Origin: an uncultured Holophagales bacterium
GTDB lineage: Bacteria; Acidobacteriota; Thermoanaerobaculia; Multivoradales; UBA5704
Direction: 5' to 3'
Assembly (NCBI GenBank): GCA_963842525.1
Contig: CAWJGT010000019.1
Coordinates: 384,001-448,000 of the forward strand
Length of the DNA: 64,000 bases
Positions 46,850 to 58,214 of the stretch are shown piece by piece. Position 1 is the stretch's first letter. Every line of letters starts with the position of its first letter. The notes beneath the pieces were generated by a model that saw only the letters and a program-made list of their open reading frames with translations, was not told the DNA's origin and ran no database searches. The position numbers and the translations under genes are program-made.

Positions 46850-49800
46850 ATGGGCAAGAAGAGCTGCACGATGCGGGTCGCCTGTCGGGTCCTTTGCTAC
46901 ACCCTTCTGCTCCAGGCGAGCCCGGCGGCACAAGGTCAAGGTCTCCCAGCCGCGCCGAGCCCCGAGTGGGTGGAAGCCGGAAGGATCGCCGCTGAGCCGG
47001 ACCGTCCCGCCATCGGGGGCTTGCCGGCGGCCTCCGCGAGCTCGCCAGCACCCCGGCCTCGCCAGACCCGGGCGGCCTCCGTCGAGCCCCGGACCGCTTT
47101 TCGGGCCGAGCTCCGGAAGGCGCCTGCCGAGGAGAGGGTTGAGGAGCCCCCATCGGCGCCGGCCCCCATCCGTCCGGAAGACCTGCCGCCGTTTCCTCCC
47201 GCAATGGAAGGCGCCACCCTGCCCCGCGCCGCGGCCGCGACGGCGCTGACCGCCACCTCGCTGATCCCTGGCTGGAATCTCGCCTCCGTCCAGAACCAGC
47301 CCCCTGATCCCACCCCGGCCGCGGTCTTCTCTTCGATCGCCGGCACGTTCACCCGCGTTTGGGCCTACGACGCCTGTGCTCCGGGAGACCCGTGGAAGGT
47401 CTACGACCCGGCCGACGCGGCGGTCAGCAACCTGACGGCGGTCGATCAGGAGATCGGCTTTTGGATCGAGATGACGGCGCCCGCGCCGGTGCCGAGCCCC
47501 GGCACCCTGGCGGACGAGACCACGATCCACCTCTGCACCGGTTGGAATCTGATCGGCTTCCCGGCGGGTCAGGCGCGGCCCGTGCGCACCGCCCTCTCCT
47601 CGATCGAAGGCAAGTACGCCCGCGTCTTCGGCTTCGACCCGGCGGACACCTCCGATCCGTGGGAGATCTACGACGTGGCGGTGCCCGCCTGGGCCAACGA
47701 CCTGGAGCTGATGCAGCCCGGCCGCGGCTACTGGGTGCTGGCCACGTCGGAGACCGACCTGGTGATCTCCAATGCCGGCGCCGAGCCGGAGGTGGCCATC
47801 ACCGCGCCGTCCGACCTCGCGGTCGTCACCGCGCCTACGGACGTGATCGGAACAGTGAAGAGCGACCGGCTCGAAAGCTGGACTCTGTCCTATCGCGCTC
47901 ACGGCGACGCGGAGGGGGCCGTCTTCGCATCGGGCAACACGCCGGTCGTGAACGGCCGTCTGGGCACGTTCGACCCCACGTTGCTGCTGAACGGCGGCTA
48001 CACAGTGGAGCTGACCGCGACCGACTTCAACGGCCAGAGCAGCACCGTCTCCATCGACGTGAGCGCCGAAGGCCAGATGAAGATCGGCAACTTCACGTTG
48101 CAGTACATCGACCTGGAGATCCCGCTTTCGGGGCTGCCGATCCAGGTGGTCCGGAACTATGACAGCCGCGACAAGCGCCGGGGTGACTTCGGGGTCGGCT
48201 GGACGCTGGAGCTGCGCCAGGGCACGTACCGGAACAACCGTCCGCCAGGAGAGGGCTGGGACATCTCCTCGGGCTTCCTGCCGTGCCAGGAGGTCACCGA
48301 GATCGAGACGCACCTGACGACGATCCGCCTCTCGGACCAGGAGATCTACCGCTTCAAGCCCGGGCTCGCGAGCCCAGCGCCCACGCTGGGCGGCTGCTTC
48401 GCCCAGGCGCGCTTCGATTTCGTGGACGGTCCCGTGCCCGGCGCGACGCTGGCGATCCTGGGCAACACCGAGGTCATCTATCAGAACGGTACCGACTACG
48501 TCGTGGACTCCGGCTCGTTCGAGATCTACGAGCCGCAGCAGGTACGGCTCACCCTGCGTGACGGCCGCGTGTTCGACCTGCACATCCAGCAGGGGGTGAC
48601 CCGGCTCCAGGACGTGAGCGCCAATACCCTCTCGATCACGCCGGGTGCGATCACCCACTCCAGCGGACGCTCGGTGGCGATCCAGCGCGACAGCCTGGGC
48701 CGGATCGCCAGCATCACGGACCCTGCGGCGAAGAGCGTCACCTATGCCTACGACGCCGCAGGCGACCTCGTCTCGGTGACGGATCGCGAGTCGAACACCA
48801 CGCAGCTCACCTATGCAGCCAACCACCATCTGTTGGAGATCGAGGATCCCCAGGGGCGCCAGCCGGTCCGCAATGAGTACGACGGCTCGGGCCGCCTGAT
48901 CCGGACCACGGACTCGCAGGGCAGGACGGTGGAGTTCGAGCACCGGCTCGGCGACCGGGTGGAGGTCGTGACGGACCGGCTGGGGCGCGTCCGCGCCCTG
49001 GAATACGACCAGCGTGGCAACGTCGTGCGGGAGGTGGACACCGCTGGCAAGGAAACCTTGCGGACCTTCGACGCGAAGGACCGCATCCTCACCCAGACCG
49101 ACCCGCTGGGCAACACCACGGCCTATACCTATGACGCGTTCGGAAACATCACCAGAGTCACCGACCCCGCGGGAAACGCCACAGCCTATACCTACAACAG
49201 CCGCGGGCAGGTTCTGGCGATGCTCGACTCTCGCGGCAAGCTGACCAAGCGTACCTATGACGCCAAGGGCAACCTCACCACCGTCATCGATCCGCTGGGC
49301 AACACGACGAGCTACACCTACGACGGCGCCGGCAACGTCCTGACCGAGACCGGCCCGGAGGGCCACGTCACCGCCTATGTGGTGGATACCTTCGGCAATA
49401 CGGTCAAGCAGGTCGATGCTCTCGGCCACGAGACCACCTTCACTTTTGACGCCAATGGCAACGAGCTGACCCGGACGACCAGCCGTACCACGGCCTCGGG
49501 CACGGAGACGCTGACCTGGACATCCGTCTATGACGACGCCGGACGCCTGGTCCGGTCCGTGGATCCCGACGGGACCTTCACCACCACGGCGTACGACCAT
49601 CGGGGCAACGTGGTGGAGAAGGTGGACAAGCTGGGCCGGCGGACGACTTTCGCCTACGACGGTACGGGGCTGCTGACGACGACCGCGTATCCCGACGGCA
49701 CGTCCGAGGTCCGGACGTACGACGCCGAGGGGAGGCTGGCGTCGCAGACCGACCGGGCGGGCCGCACGACGACGTTTGAGCGCGACCCGCTGGGGCGGCT

Positions 49801-52279
49801 CCTCAAGGCGGTGCTCCCCGACGGCTCGGAGATCCAGAACACCTACGACGACGCCGGCCGTCTCATCGCAATCCGGGACGCCCGCGGGAACACCACATCC
49901 TATGAGGACGACGACGCCGGACGCAGGACGAAGATCATCGATCCCGACGGCGGAGAGATGGTTTTCGGGTACGACCCCAACGGCAATCAGACCTCCGTCA
50001 GGGATCCACGGGGGAAGACGACGACCTACGAGTACGACGACGCGAACCGCCTGATCCGCATCCTCTTCCCTGATGGCACCGACAGGGAGATCGGCTACGA
50101 CCGGCGGGGCAAGAAGACCGCGGAGACCGACCCGGCCGGAAAGACAACCCGGTATGCCTACGATGGGCTCGGCAACCTGACCACCGTCACCGACGCCCTG
50201 AGCCAGGCCACCCGCTTCGCCTACGACGAGGTGGGCAACCGGGTATCTCAAACCGACGCCGCGGGCCGCGAGACGCGCTTCGAATACGATCGCCTGGGCC
50301 GGATGGCGCGCCGGGTCCTGCCCCTCGGTCATGCCGAGAGCAGGACCTATGATGCCGCCGGCAACCTGATCAGCCGCACCGACTTCGGCGGCTCCACCGT
50401 CACATTCACCTACGACTCCGACGACCGGCTGATCCGGCGGCGCTATCCCGACGGCAGCTCGGTCAGCTTGACGTACACCCCCACGGGCCGCCGGGCCTCG
50501 GCCACGGACGCGCGGGGCACGACGGTCTACCAGTATGACGACCGGGACCGCCTCACGGGCGTGGACCTGCCGGGCGGCCGCTCGCTCTCGTATGCCTACG
50601 ACCGCAACGGCAACCGCACGGCGCTCGGACTGACCGTGGCGGCGAGCACCTTCGCGACGAGCTTTTCCTACGATGATCTCAACCGCCTGGAGGCGGTGAC
50701 CGATCCCCAGGGCCGCCTGTATCAGCACGGCTACGACGCCAGCGGCAACCGGACCTCCCTGGAGCACCCGAACGGCGTCCGCACGACCTACGCCCATGAC
50801 GACCTGAACCGCCTGACGGGTTTGGAGGCTCGGAACGGCGTTGGTGCCGTCGTGCAGTCCTATCTCTACACATTGGGGCCCGCCGGCAACCGGACCCGCG
50901 TCGAGGAGCATGGCGGAGCCGTTCGGACGTACGAGCACGACGACCTCTACCGCCTCAGCCGCGAGACCGTGAGCGTTGCCGGGGTGGCGCAGCTCGACGA
51001 CTCCTTCACCTACGACGCGGTGGGCAACCGGCTCTCCCGGACCCGCATCGACGGCTCCGGGACCGTGACGACCCCGTACACCTACGACGCCCGCGACCGG
51101 CTTCTCACGAAAGGCGGCGACAGCTTCACGTGGGACGACAACGGCAATCTCGTCCTCCAGTCCGGGGCGGACGGCGCCGCCTACGTCTGGGACTACGACC
51201 ACCGGCTCGTCCGCGTGACAAAGCTGGACGGCACGGTCGTCACCCATGCCTACGATGCCGACGGCAACAGGGTCCGGACCGAGGTGACGCCGCCGAACGG
51301 ACCGCCCACGGTGACGGAATATGTCGTCGACGCTTCCCGCGAGCTGAGCCAGGTCGTCGCCGATCTCCTGGGCCACGCGGTCGTCGCGTACTACCTGCGC
51401 GGGGACGACCTCCTGGCGGTGATCCGTGGCTCGGGCACCCGCTTCTACCACGCCGACGGCCTCGGCTCGATCCGGGCTCTCACGGACGAATCGGGCAACG
51501 TCACCGACACCTATACCTTCACGGCGTTCGGCGAGCTGTTGTCGCACGCCGGCTCCGATCCGAACGCCTACCTCTTCGCGGGCGAAGCGCTCGATGCCAA
51601 CAGCGGCTTCTACTACCTGCGCGCCCGGTGGATGGACCCCGCCGTCGGACGGTTCGCGAGCATCGACCCGTTCGCGGGCCTGGCGTTCGAGCCGCTCACA
51701 CTCCACAGGTATCTGTACGCAGGCGCCAACCCGGTCGACTTCGTCGATCCCTCGGGCCTGGTTGTCGGCGGGTTCTCCGGGCTGATCGCCGGCGCCATCG
51801 CGAGCATCCAGGGGCGGATCGCAAGCCTCAGCAGCAGCGGCCTCGCCTTCCTCTACGTCATGCGCAACCTGCGTGCCCTGAACTGGACGCTGACAGCCCT
51901 GCGCGCCATCCAGGCCCGCTTCGGCAACCTTTTCGTCACCCTGGAAGAAGCCCTGGTGCGCTCACGCGGCAGCATCGACATGGTCTTGCGCCGCGCGGCC
52001 GGAGCCCTGCAGCGGGTCAGCATCGAGCTGAAGAACTGGAACATCGATGCCATCGCGCGCTCGCCGCAGCGGGCGCAAGGCATGCTGGACCAGCTCCAGA
52101 GGCAGGCCCAGAACTTCCGGGCCGAGAACGTCGAAGCCATCTACGGGTTCGCCGAGAAAGCCGCCACGCCGCAAGGCCAGGCCCTCCTGATCCAGATCCG
52201 CAACATCCTGACCACGAACGGACACAGGATCACTTTCGGGACGCAGCAGCTCCTGGACGAGATCGGGAAGTACCTCTAG
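46850..52279 (+). CDS. Secreted Rhs/YD-repeat protein with a C-terminal putative nuclease toxin
   Basis: Signal-like N-terminus, two GWNL repeats, YDSRD..GDFGVGW, many YD repeats, core YYLRARWMDP..GRF..NPVDFVDPSG, tip SIDMVL...IELKNW. Confidence 0.88.
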   Translation: MGKKSCTMRVACRVLCYTLLLQASPAAQGQGLPAAPSPEWVEAGRIAAEPDRPAIGGLPAASASSPAPRPRQTRAASVEPRTAFRAELRKAPAEERVEEPPSAPAPIRPEDLPPFPPAMEGATLPRAAAATALTATSLIPGWNLASVQNQPPDPTPAAVFSSIAGTFTRVWAYDACAPGDPWKVYDPADAAVSNLTAVDQEIGFWIEMTAPAPVPSPGTLADETTIHLCTGWNLIGFPAGQARPVRTALSSIEGKYARVFGFDPADTSDPWEIYDVAVPAWANDLELMQPGRGYWVLATSETDLVISNAGAEPEVAITAPSDLAVVTAPTDVIGTVKSDRLESWTLSYRAHGDAEGAVFASGNTPVVNGRLGTFDPTLLLNGGYTVELTATDFNGQSSTVSIDVSAEGQMKIGNFTLQYIDLEIPLSGLPIQVVRNYDSRDKRRGDFGVGWTLELRQGTYRNNRPPGEGWDISSGFLPCQEVTEIETHLTTIRLSDQEIYRFKPGLASPAPTLGGCFAQARFDFVDGPVPGATLAILGNTEVIYQNGTDYVVDSGSFEIYEPQQVRLTLRDGRVFDLHIQQGVTRLQDVSANTLSITPGAITHSSGRSVAIQRDSLGRIASITDPAAKSVTYAYDAAGDLVSVTDRESNTTQLTYAANHHLLEIEDPQGRQPVRNEYDGSGRLIRTTDSQGRTVEFEHRLGDRVEVVTDRLGRVRALEYDQRGNVVREVDTAGKETLRTFDAKDRILTQTDPLGNTTAYTYDAFGNITRVTDPAGNATAYTYNSRGQVLAMLDSRGKLTKRTYDAKGNLTTVIDPLGNTTSYTYDGAGNVLTETGPEGHVTAYVVDTFGNTVKQVDALGHETTFTFDANGNELTRTTSRTTASGTETLTWTSVYDDAGRLVRSVDPDGTFTTTAYDHRGNVVEKVDKLGRRTTFAYDGTGLLTTTAYPDGTSEVRTYDAEGRLASQTDRAGRTTTFERDPLGRLLKAVLPDGSEIQNTYDDAGRLIAIRDARGNTTSYEDDDAGRRTKIIDPDGGEMVFGYDPNGNQTSVRDPRGKTTTYEYDDANRLIRILFPDGTDREIGYDRRGKKTAETDPAGKTTRYAYDGLGNLTTVTDALSQATRFAYDEVGNRVSQTDAAGRETRFEYDRLGRMARRVLPLGHAESRTYDAAGNLISRTDFGGSTVTFTYDSDDRLIRRRYPDGSSVSLTYTPTGRRASATDARGTTVYQYDDRDRLTGVDLPGGRSLSYAYDRNGNRTALGLTVAASTFATSFSYDDLNRLEAVTDPQGRLYQHGYDASGNRTSLEHPNGVRTTYAHDDLNRLTGLEARNGVGAVVQSYLYTLGPAGNRTRVEEHGGAVRTYEHDDLYRLSRETVSVAGVAQLDDSFTYDAVGNRLSRTRIDGSGTVTTPYTYDARDRLLTKGGDSFTWDDNGNLVLQSGADGAAYVWDYDHRLVRVTKLDGTVVTHAYDADGNRVRTEVTPPNGPPTVTEYVVDASRELSQVVADLLGHAVVAYYLRGDDLLAVIRGSGTRFYHADGLGSIRALTDESGNVTDTYTFTAFGELLSHAGSDPNAYLFAGEALDANSGFYYLRARWMDPAVGRFASIDPFAGLAFEPLTLHRYLYAGANPVDFVDPSGLVVGGFSGLIAGAIASIQGRIASLSSSGLAFLYVMRNLRALNWTLTALRAIQARFGNLFVTLEEALVRSRGSIDMVLRRAAGALQRVSIELKNWNIDAIARSPQRAQGMLDQLQRQAQNFRAENVEAIYGFAEKAATPQGQALLIQIRNILTTNGHRITFGTQQLLDEIGKYL

Positions 52280-52283
52280 GGCC

Positions 52284-53253
52284 ATGGGCAACGCGAAGCT
52301 GATCGAGGTCCCCGACGGCGCGGCCCTGCGGGCGGTGGAGCTGCTCCTCCGCGAGCGTTCCAAACAGGGTGAGGCACGAGCCGTGAACCTGATCTTCACG
52401 GGGAAGCGTCTCCAGGACCTCTGCGAGCTGGAGGGGCTCACGACCAGGCCGCACTACGGGATTCACGGATTCCTGGGCTCGGATCTCGACGCAAAGGCCG
52501 AGGTGGGCCGTCTGCTGACCGCCGGCCCTACTCAGGTCTCCTTGAGCCTTCACTATGCCTGGGGCGTCCTTCCTGTCTTCCTCAGATCGGCGACCGCCTC
52601 CAGGAAAGGGTCTTTGGATATCGACTTCGACCCGCCCTCGCGGGGCTGGTTTCTCCAGGGTCTCTTCGCCGGAGTGGCGCCGATCCTGGGACTGGAGAAG
52701 GTTGCAACCGGCCCGATCCCCGGGGGCGGCGAGCTCGCGGTGACATCGTTTGAGAACGCGAGCCGCGAGGGGATCCATCTCTCGTTTCCATCCGGGCTGG
52801 CCGGTCGCGTGGACGAGCCTCCGTGAGCTGGTCAGCCGCCTGTATCCGCCGGCGAAGGTGCACGTGATCCTGACCGCGGACCTGAAGACCGTGCGCGAGC
52901 TGCACGAGTCGGGGAAGGTCGTCCCCTGCTCCTGCTGCGCCTGGCATTTCGGCTACGTGGACCTCCTGGCGGAAGAGAGCGACGTGCACCTGGGCCGGCT
53001 CAACGAGGTCGCGCAGCTCCTCGCGCGGCGGCTGGGCCGAGACCGCGCCCTGACCTTCAGGGGTTTCACCTGGAATTGGGAGGAAGGCCTCGACCCTTCC
53101 GTGGCGAATGCGGTGGTGTGGAGCGTTCCGAAACGAGGGCCGGGATGGATCGAGGTGCGCTGGTACGACCCCCTGCCGCGCGCCACCCTCAGCTCTCTGA
53201 AGGACGAGGTGCGGCGATTCATTGCGAGCCCTGAGGCGGGTTCGAAGCTCTAA
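52284..53253 (+). CDS. Putative immunity protein; probably one gene frameshifted near 52785
   Basis: Starts 4 nt after the Rhs stop; ORFs 52284-52826 and 52750-53253 join as ..LSF/HPGWPVAWTSLREL.. Confidence 0.55.
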
Positions 53254-54314
53254 TCCCCTTCCACCAATCCCTCGAACCGCGCCTTGTTGGTGGCCTTCAG
53301 GTAGGCCTCGCGGGGAGTGATGCGCATCCTCTCGACCATGTCCATCAGGGCGTCGTCCATGAGCTGCATGCCCGCGGACTTGCCGCCCTGGATGATGGTC
53401 TGGATCATCGGCGTGTTGCCTTCGCGGATCACGTTCGACAAGCCGGAGGTCTTGAGCAGGATCTCGGCGACGGCGCAGCGGCCCTGGCCGTCGGCGGTGC
53501 GCAGCAGGAGCTGCGAGACGATGCCGGCGATCGACTCGGCGAGCGTAGTGCGGATCTGCGCCTGCTCCTCCGTGGGGAAGGCGTCGACCAGGCGGTCGAT
53601 CGTGTTGGCGGCGCCATTGGTGTGCAGGGTGCCGAAGACCAGGGCGCCCATCTCGGCGGCGGTGACCGCGAGGGAGATCGTCTCCAGGTCGCGCATCTCG
53701 CCCACCAGGATCACGTCCGCGTCCTGGCGGATGGCGGAGCGCAGGGCGGCGGCGAAGCTCTCGGTGTCCGTCCCGATCTCGCGCTGCGAGAAGATCGACT
53801 TCTTGTTCTTGTGGACGAACTCGACCGGATCCTCGATGGTGACGATGTGCTTGGCGTAGGTGCTGTTGATCCGGTCGATGATGGACGCCATGGTGGTGGA
53901 CTTGCCCGAGCCGGTGGGGCCAGTGATTAGCACGAGCCCCTGCCGGAGATGGGCGAGGCTCTCGATGGCCTTCGGCAGGTCGAGACTCTCCAGCGGTACG
54001 ATCTCCTCGGGAATCAGGCGGAAGACCGCCGCGGCCCCGTTCTCCTGGCACAGGTAGTTGACGCGGAAGCGGCCTACTCCTTCGACTCCGTAGGCGAAGT
54101 CGAGGTCGCCTGTGCGCTCGTACTCGCCCCATTGCTCCTCGCTGGCGATCTCGCGGAGGAGGTCGCAGAGGTCATCGTGGGAGAGGACGGGCCAGCCCTC
54201 GACCGGCTCGAGGGAGCCGTGGAGGCGGATGCGCGGCTCGAGGCCGGCGGCCAGGTGGAGGTCCGAGCCGCGGCGGTCCTTCAGGGTATGGAAGAGCTCA
54301 TGCAGCCGTGGCAT
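53250..54314 (-). CDS. pilT: Type IV pilus retraction ATPase (PilT family)
   Basis: SDLHL, GPTGSGKSTT, TIEDPVE, LVGEMRD, GTLHT, NVIRE. Confidence 0.85.
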   Translation of the reverse strand: MPRLHELFHTLKDRRGSDLHLAAGLEPRIRLHGSLEPVEGWPVLSHDDLCDLLREIASEEQWGEYERTGDLDFAYGVEGVGRFRVNYLCQENGAAAVFRLIPEEIVPLESLDLPKAIESLAHLRQGLVLITGPTGSGKSTTMASIIDRINSTYAKHIVTIEDPVEFVHKNKKSIFSQREIGTDTESFAAALRSAIRQDADVILVGEMRDLETISLAVTAAEMGALVFGTLHTNGAANTIDRLVDAFPTEEQAQIRTTLAESIAGIVSQLLLRTADGQGRCAVAEILLKTSGLSNVIREGNTPMIQTIIQGGKSAGMQLMDDALMDMVERMRITPREAYLKATNKARFEGLVEGD

Positions 54315-55719
54315 GGGGAGCTCCGGCCGGCGCGGCGGCGAGCTTTTGCGGCTCTTCGGCGTGCCGCGCCGCCTCGTCGCGGGTGATGACCCTGGTCTTG
54401 ACCAGCTCCTGGAGCGATCCGTCGAGCAGGCACATCCCCTGCGCGCCGCCGGTCTGGAGGACGGAGCGGATCTGGAAGGTCTTGTTCTCGCGGATGAGGT
54501 TGCCCACGGCCTTGTTGCAGACCAGCACCTCGAGGGCGGGCACGCGGCCGGTGCCGTCGGCGCGGTGGACCAGCCGCTGCGAGACCACGGCGCGCAGCGA
54601 TTCGGCGAGCATGGTGCGGATCTGGTCCTGCTGCGCCGCCGGGAAGACGCCCAGGATGCGGTTGATCGTGCGGATGGCGTTGCTCGTATGCAGGGTGGCG
54701 AGCACGAGGTGGCCGGTTTCGGCCGCAGTCAGGGCGAGCGAGATCGTCTCCAGGTCGCGCAGCTCACCGAGGCCGATGACGTCCGGGTCCTCGCGCAGGG
54801 TGGCGCGCAAGGCGCGGGCGAACGAGCCGGTGTGCCGGCCCACTTGGCGCTGGTTGACCACGCACTGGCGGGAGCGGTGGATGTACTCGATCGGGTCCTC
54901 GATGGTGACGATGTGGTCCTTCCGGTCCTGGTTGATGATGTGGAGCAGGGCGGCCATCGTCGAGGACTTGCCGCAGCCGGCAGGGCCCGTGAGCAGCACC
55001 ATCCCCTGGTGGTAGTTGCAGAACCGGGACAGGGTCGCAGGGAGCCCGAGAGCCTCCAGGGTGGGCGGCTCGGGAGGAATGGCGCGAAAGACGGCGTCGA
55101 GCCCCCGCTGCTGCCGGTAGGCGTTGCTGCGGAACCGGCCGACCCCGGCCAGGGTGTAGGAGAAGTCGACCTGGCCGTGGGCGTCCAGGGCGTTGCGCTG
55201 CTCGGGCGTCAGGATCTCCCGGATGATCTCGTGGCCCAGCCCGGGATCGAGCGGCGCGGGCTCCAGCTCGGTGAGCTGGCCGTGGATGCGCAGCCGCAAG
55301 GGGGCGCCGCTGTGGACGTGGATGTCGCTCGCCTGGCGGTCCACCGCGGCGGCGAGGAGGGCGTCCAGCCGCCGCTCCGCGGTCCGCCAAGCCAGGGGAG
55401 CCGGGCCGAACGGCGCGGCGGTGGAGCCCGGAGGCGGCTCGGTATCCGCTGCGTCCGCGGCATGCTCAAGGACCGCGGGAGCCCCGGAGGCCGGAGCGGT
55501 CTGGGTCTTCTGCTTCGCCTGGTAGTCCCGCTGCACCGCGCGGAGCTGCTCGAGCTGCCGCTCGTTGAGACGGCCCTGCTCGACGAGGATCTCGCCCAGG
55601 CCGCGGAGGCCTCCTTCGGCGGCATGCTGGGTGGCAGCCTCGGTGAGCTGCTCCTGGGTAACGAGCTTGTAATGCAGGGCGATCCGCCCGAAGAGGAGGT
55701 CATCTGGACCGAGGGACAT
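54298..55719 (-). CDS. pilT: PilT-family ATPase with an N-terminal MshEN-like domain
   Basis: LFGRIAL..KLVTQEQL...RGLGEILVEQGRLNERQL; GPAGCGKSST, LREDPD, NLIRE. Confidence 0.8.
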   Translation of the reverse strand: MSLGPDDLLFGRIALHYKLVTQEQLTEAATQHAAEGGLRGLGEILVEQGRLNERQLEQLRAVQRDYQAKQKTQTAPASGAPAVLEHAADAADTEPPPGSTAAPFGPAPLAWRTAERRLDALLAAAVDRQASDIHVHSGAPLRLRIHGQLTELEPAPLDPGLGHEIIREILTPEQRNALDAHGQVDFSYTLAGVGRFRSNAYRQQRGLDAVFRAIPPEPPTLEALGLPATLSRFCNYHQGMVLLTGPAGCGKSSTMAALLHIINQDRKDHIVTIEDPIEYIHRSRQCVVNQRQVGRHTGSFARALRATLREDPDVIGLGELRDLETISLALTAAETGHLVLATLHTSNAIRTINRILGVFPAAQQDQIRTMLAESLRAVVSQRLVHRADGTGRVPALEVLVCNKAVGNLIRENKTFQIRSVLQTGGAQGMCLLDGSLQELVKTRVITRDEAARHAEEPQKLAAAPAGAPHATAA

Positions 55720-55847
55720 GGTGGTGCGAGGGTACGAGAGGCGGCCCTCGTCGTCAACGGTCCCCACGTGATTCCGCTCCCGGGCTGGTAGAATGCGCGC
55801 GCCGAAACGTTGGCGGAGCACCTTTTCTGAAGGAGGAGGTCGTCCAA

Positions 55848-58140
55848 ATGGCTGAGCCCACGGGCACGAACGGGGTCGCATCGGAAGGACGGGGCGCGAG
55901 TTGGGGGATCGCCGTTGCGCTGGTCCTGCTCGCCCTGCTGCTCCTGCTGGCGGTGGCGCGCCGGCAGCCGCCCGATCCGCGGCCGCAGGACGCTCCGGCG
56001 ACGGAGTTCTCCGCCGGCCGGGCGCGGGAGGTGCTGCGCGAGCTGCTGGGGGACGGCCGGCCTCATCCGGTGGGCAGCGAGGCCAATGTGCAGGTGCGGG
56101 ACCGGATCCTCGCCCGCCTGCGAGGCCTCGGCTATGCCCCGGAGGTCCAGGAGGGCTTCGCGTGCAGACCGGAGTGCGCCCGGGTCGAGAACGTGCTCGC
56201 GCGCCTGGAAGGGAGCCAGCCGACCGGGACGATCCTGCTGATGGCGCACTATGACTCGGTCGCGGCCGGACCCGGCGCGTCCGACGACACGGCCGGGGTG
56301 GCGGCGGTCCTGGAGGTCGCCCGCGTCCTCAAGGCGGGGCCGCCGCCGAAGAATACAGTCCTCTTCCTGCTCGACGACGGCGAAGAGCAGGGGCTCCTGG
56401 GCGCCAGGGTGTTCGCCGAAAGCCCGGCGGCCCGCGACGTCAAGGTGGTCGTGAACCTCGAAGCGCGAGGTTCCTCGGGCCCGAGCCTGATGTTCGAGAC
56501 CAGCGGCGACGATGGCTGGCTCATCCCCCTCTATGCGGCCGGCGCCTCGCATCCGACGACCAGCTCGGTCTTCGCCACCATCTATGACCTGATGCCCAAC
56601 GACACCGACCTGACGATCTTCAAACAGCGTGGCGTGCACGGGCTGAACTTCGCCTATGTCGGCAACCCGACCCACTATCACACCGCGCTGGACAATTTCG
56701 AAAACGCCTCGCCCGCCAGCTTGCAACACCACGGCGACAACGCCCTGGCGGCGGTGCGCGGCCTCGCCGGGGCGGACCTGGCGAGCCCGCCCCCGGGCGA
56801 CGCGGTCTTCTTCGACGTCCTCGGCACGACGGTGGTGCACTGGCCGCAATCCTGGACGCTGGGGATCGCCGCGCTGGCCCTGGTCCTGGTGCTGGCCGTC
56901 ATCGTCCTCGGCTTCCGCCGCCGGCTCCTGACCGGAGGGGGCGTGAGCTTCGGCCTGCTGGCGTTCCTCGGGTCCGTCCTCCTCGCGGGCGTGGTGGCCT
57001 TCGGGCTGACGACCCTGCTGCGCGCCACGCCGACGCCGTGGGTAGCGAAGCCGCTGCCGGTGATCGCCTCCTTCTGGCTGCTCGCGCTGGCCATCACCGG
57101 CTTCGTCGTGGCCAGCCTGGCGGGGCGCGCCGGTCGGTTCGGCCTGTGGGCGGGCATCTGGCTGGGTTGGGCCGTTTTCGGGCTCCTCCTGGCGCTGAGC
57201 GCGCCGGGCCTCAGCTATCTCTTCCTGATCCCTACGATCGTCGCCGGACTGGCGGGCCTGTTCGCCTTCCGGCCGGAGAGCGGCGCGACCACCTTCACGT
57301 TGGCCGCCCTTCTGCCGCTGCTGGTCGCGGCGATCCTGTGGTTCCCGATCCTGACGCCGCTCTACGACGGACTGGGGACTGGAGGCTCTGGCACCCATCG
57401 CCGTGCTGCTGGCGCTGCTCTTCACGGCCATGGGGCCGCTCTTCGCGGAGAGCGGCCGTCTCTGGCAGAAGGCGGTGCCCCTGGTCGCCGGCGTGGCGGC
57501 CCTGGTCCTGTTCGTGGTGGCGATGGCCTCGCCCCCCTTCTCGCCGTCATCGCCGCGGCCGTTGAACGTGGAATTCCACCAGGATGCGGACACGGGCAAG
57601 GCGCGTTGGCTGGCATGGGGACCTCAGCCGTTGCCGCCGGGGTTCCAGCAGGCCGGCCCGTTCTCGCAGCGGCCGGAGCCGGCGCAGCCCTGGGCGCCCT
57701 TCGCCCGCGTGCCGATCGCCCCCGCGCCGCCGCTCGGTGCGCCGGCACCGGAGCTGACCGTGCTCTCGGATACCCAGGAGGGCGGCCGGCGGAGTCTCCG
57801 GCTCCGCCTCGCTTCGCCTCGAGGGGCCTCCAGTGCGTCGGTGATGATCCCGGAGGCGGCGCGGGTGGAGTCGATCTCGGTCGAAGGGCACCGTGTCACG
57901 GCTGAGCCCCCGCGGCCGTCCTGGCCTGGCTGGTTCAATGCCACGGTGCTCACGCTGCCGCCGGGAGGTGCCGAGCTCGAGGTGGTGCTCGGCAACCCGG
58001 CGCCGCAGGACTGGTACGTGCTGGACCGCAGCCTGGGCCTGCCGCCTTCGGGGGCCGCTCTGCAGAAAGCCCGGCCGGCCACGGCGACCACGAGCCAGGA
58101 TGGGGATACGGCCGCGATCAGCCGGAAGGTGAAGATCTGA
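55848..58140 (+). CDS. Membrane M28 metallopeptidase (ERMP1-like); frameshift near 57390
   Basis: AHYDS, GASDD, GEEQGLLGA, NLEARG, YHT..D, followed by a multi-TM region. Confidence 0.85.
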
Positions 58141-58161
58141 TACTGGCGCCCTGAGACACGA

Positions 58162-58189
58162 AGGCGCGGGCCGCCGGGCGCCCGCGCCT
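58162..58189. terminator. Hairpin between convergent genes
   Basis: AGGCGCGGGC / GCCCGCGCCT inverted repeat. Confidence 0.55.
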
Positions 58190-58214
58190 GTTCAGATCAG
58201 AGCCCGAGGCCGCC

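Noticed and set aside
45236-51706. 2156-aa minus-strand ORF
   Set aside because: It is an antisense shadow of the GC-rich Rhs gene; only its last ~323 codons (YndJ-like, from 46207) are a real gene
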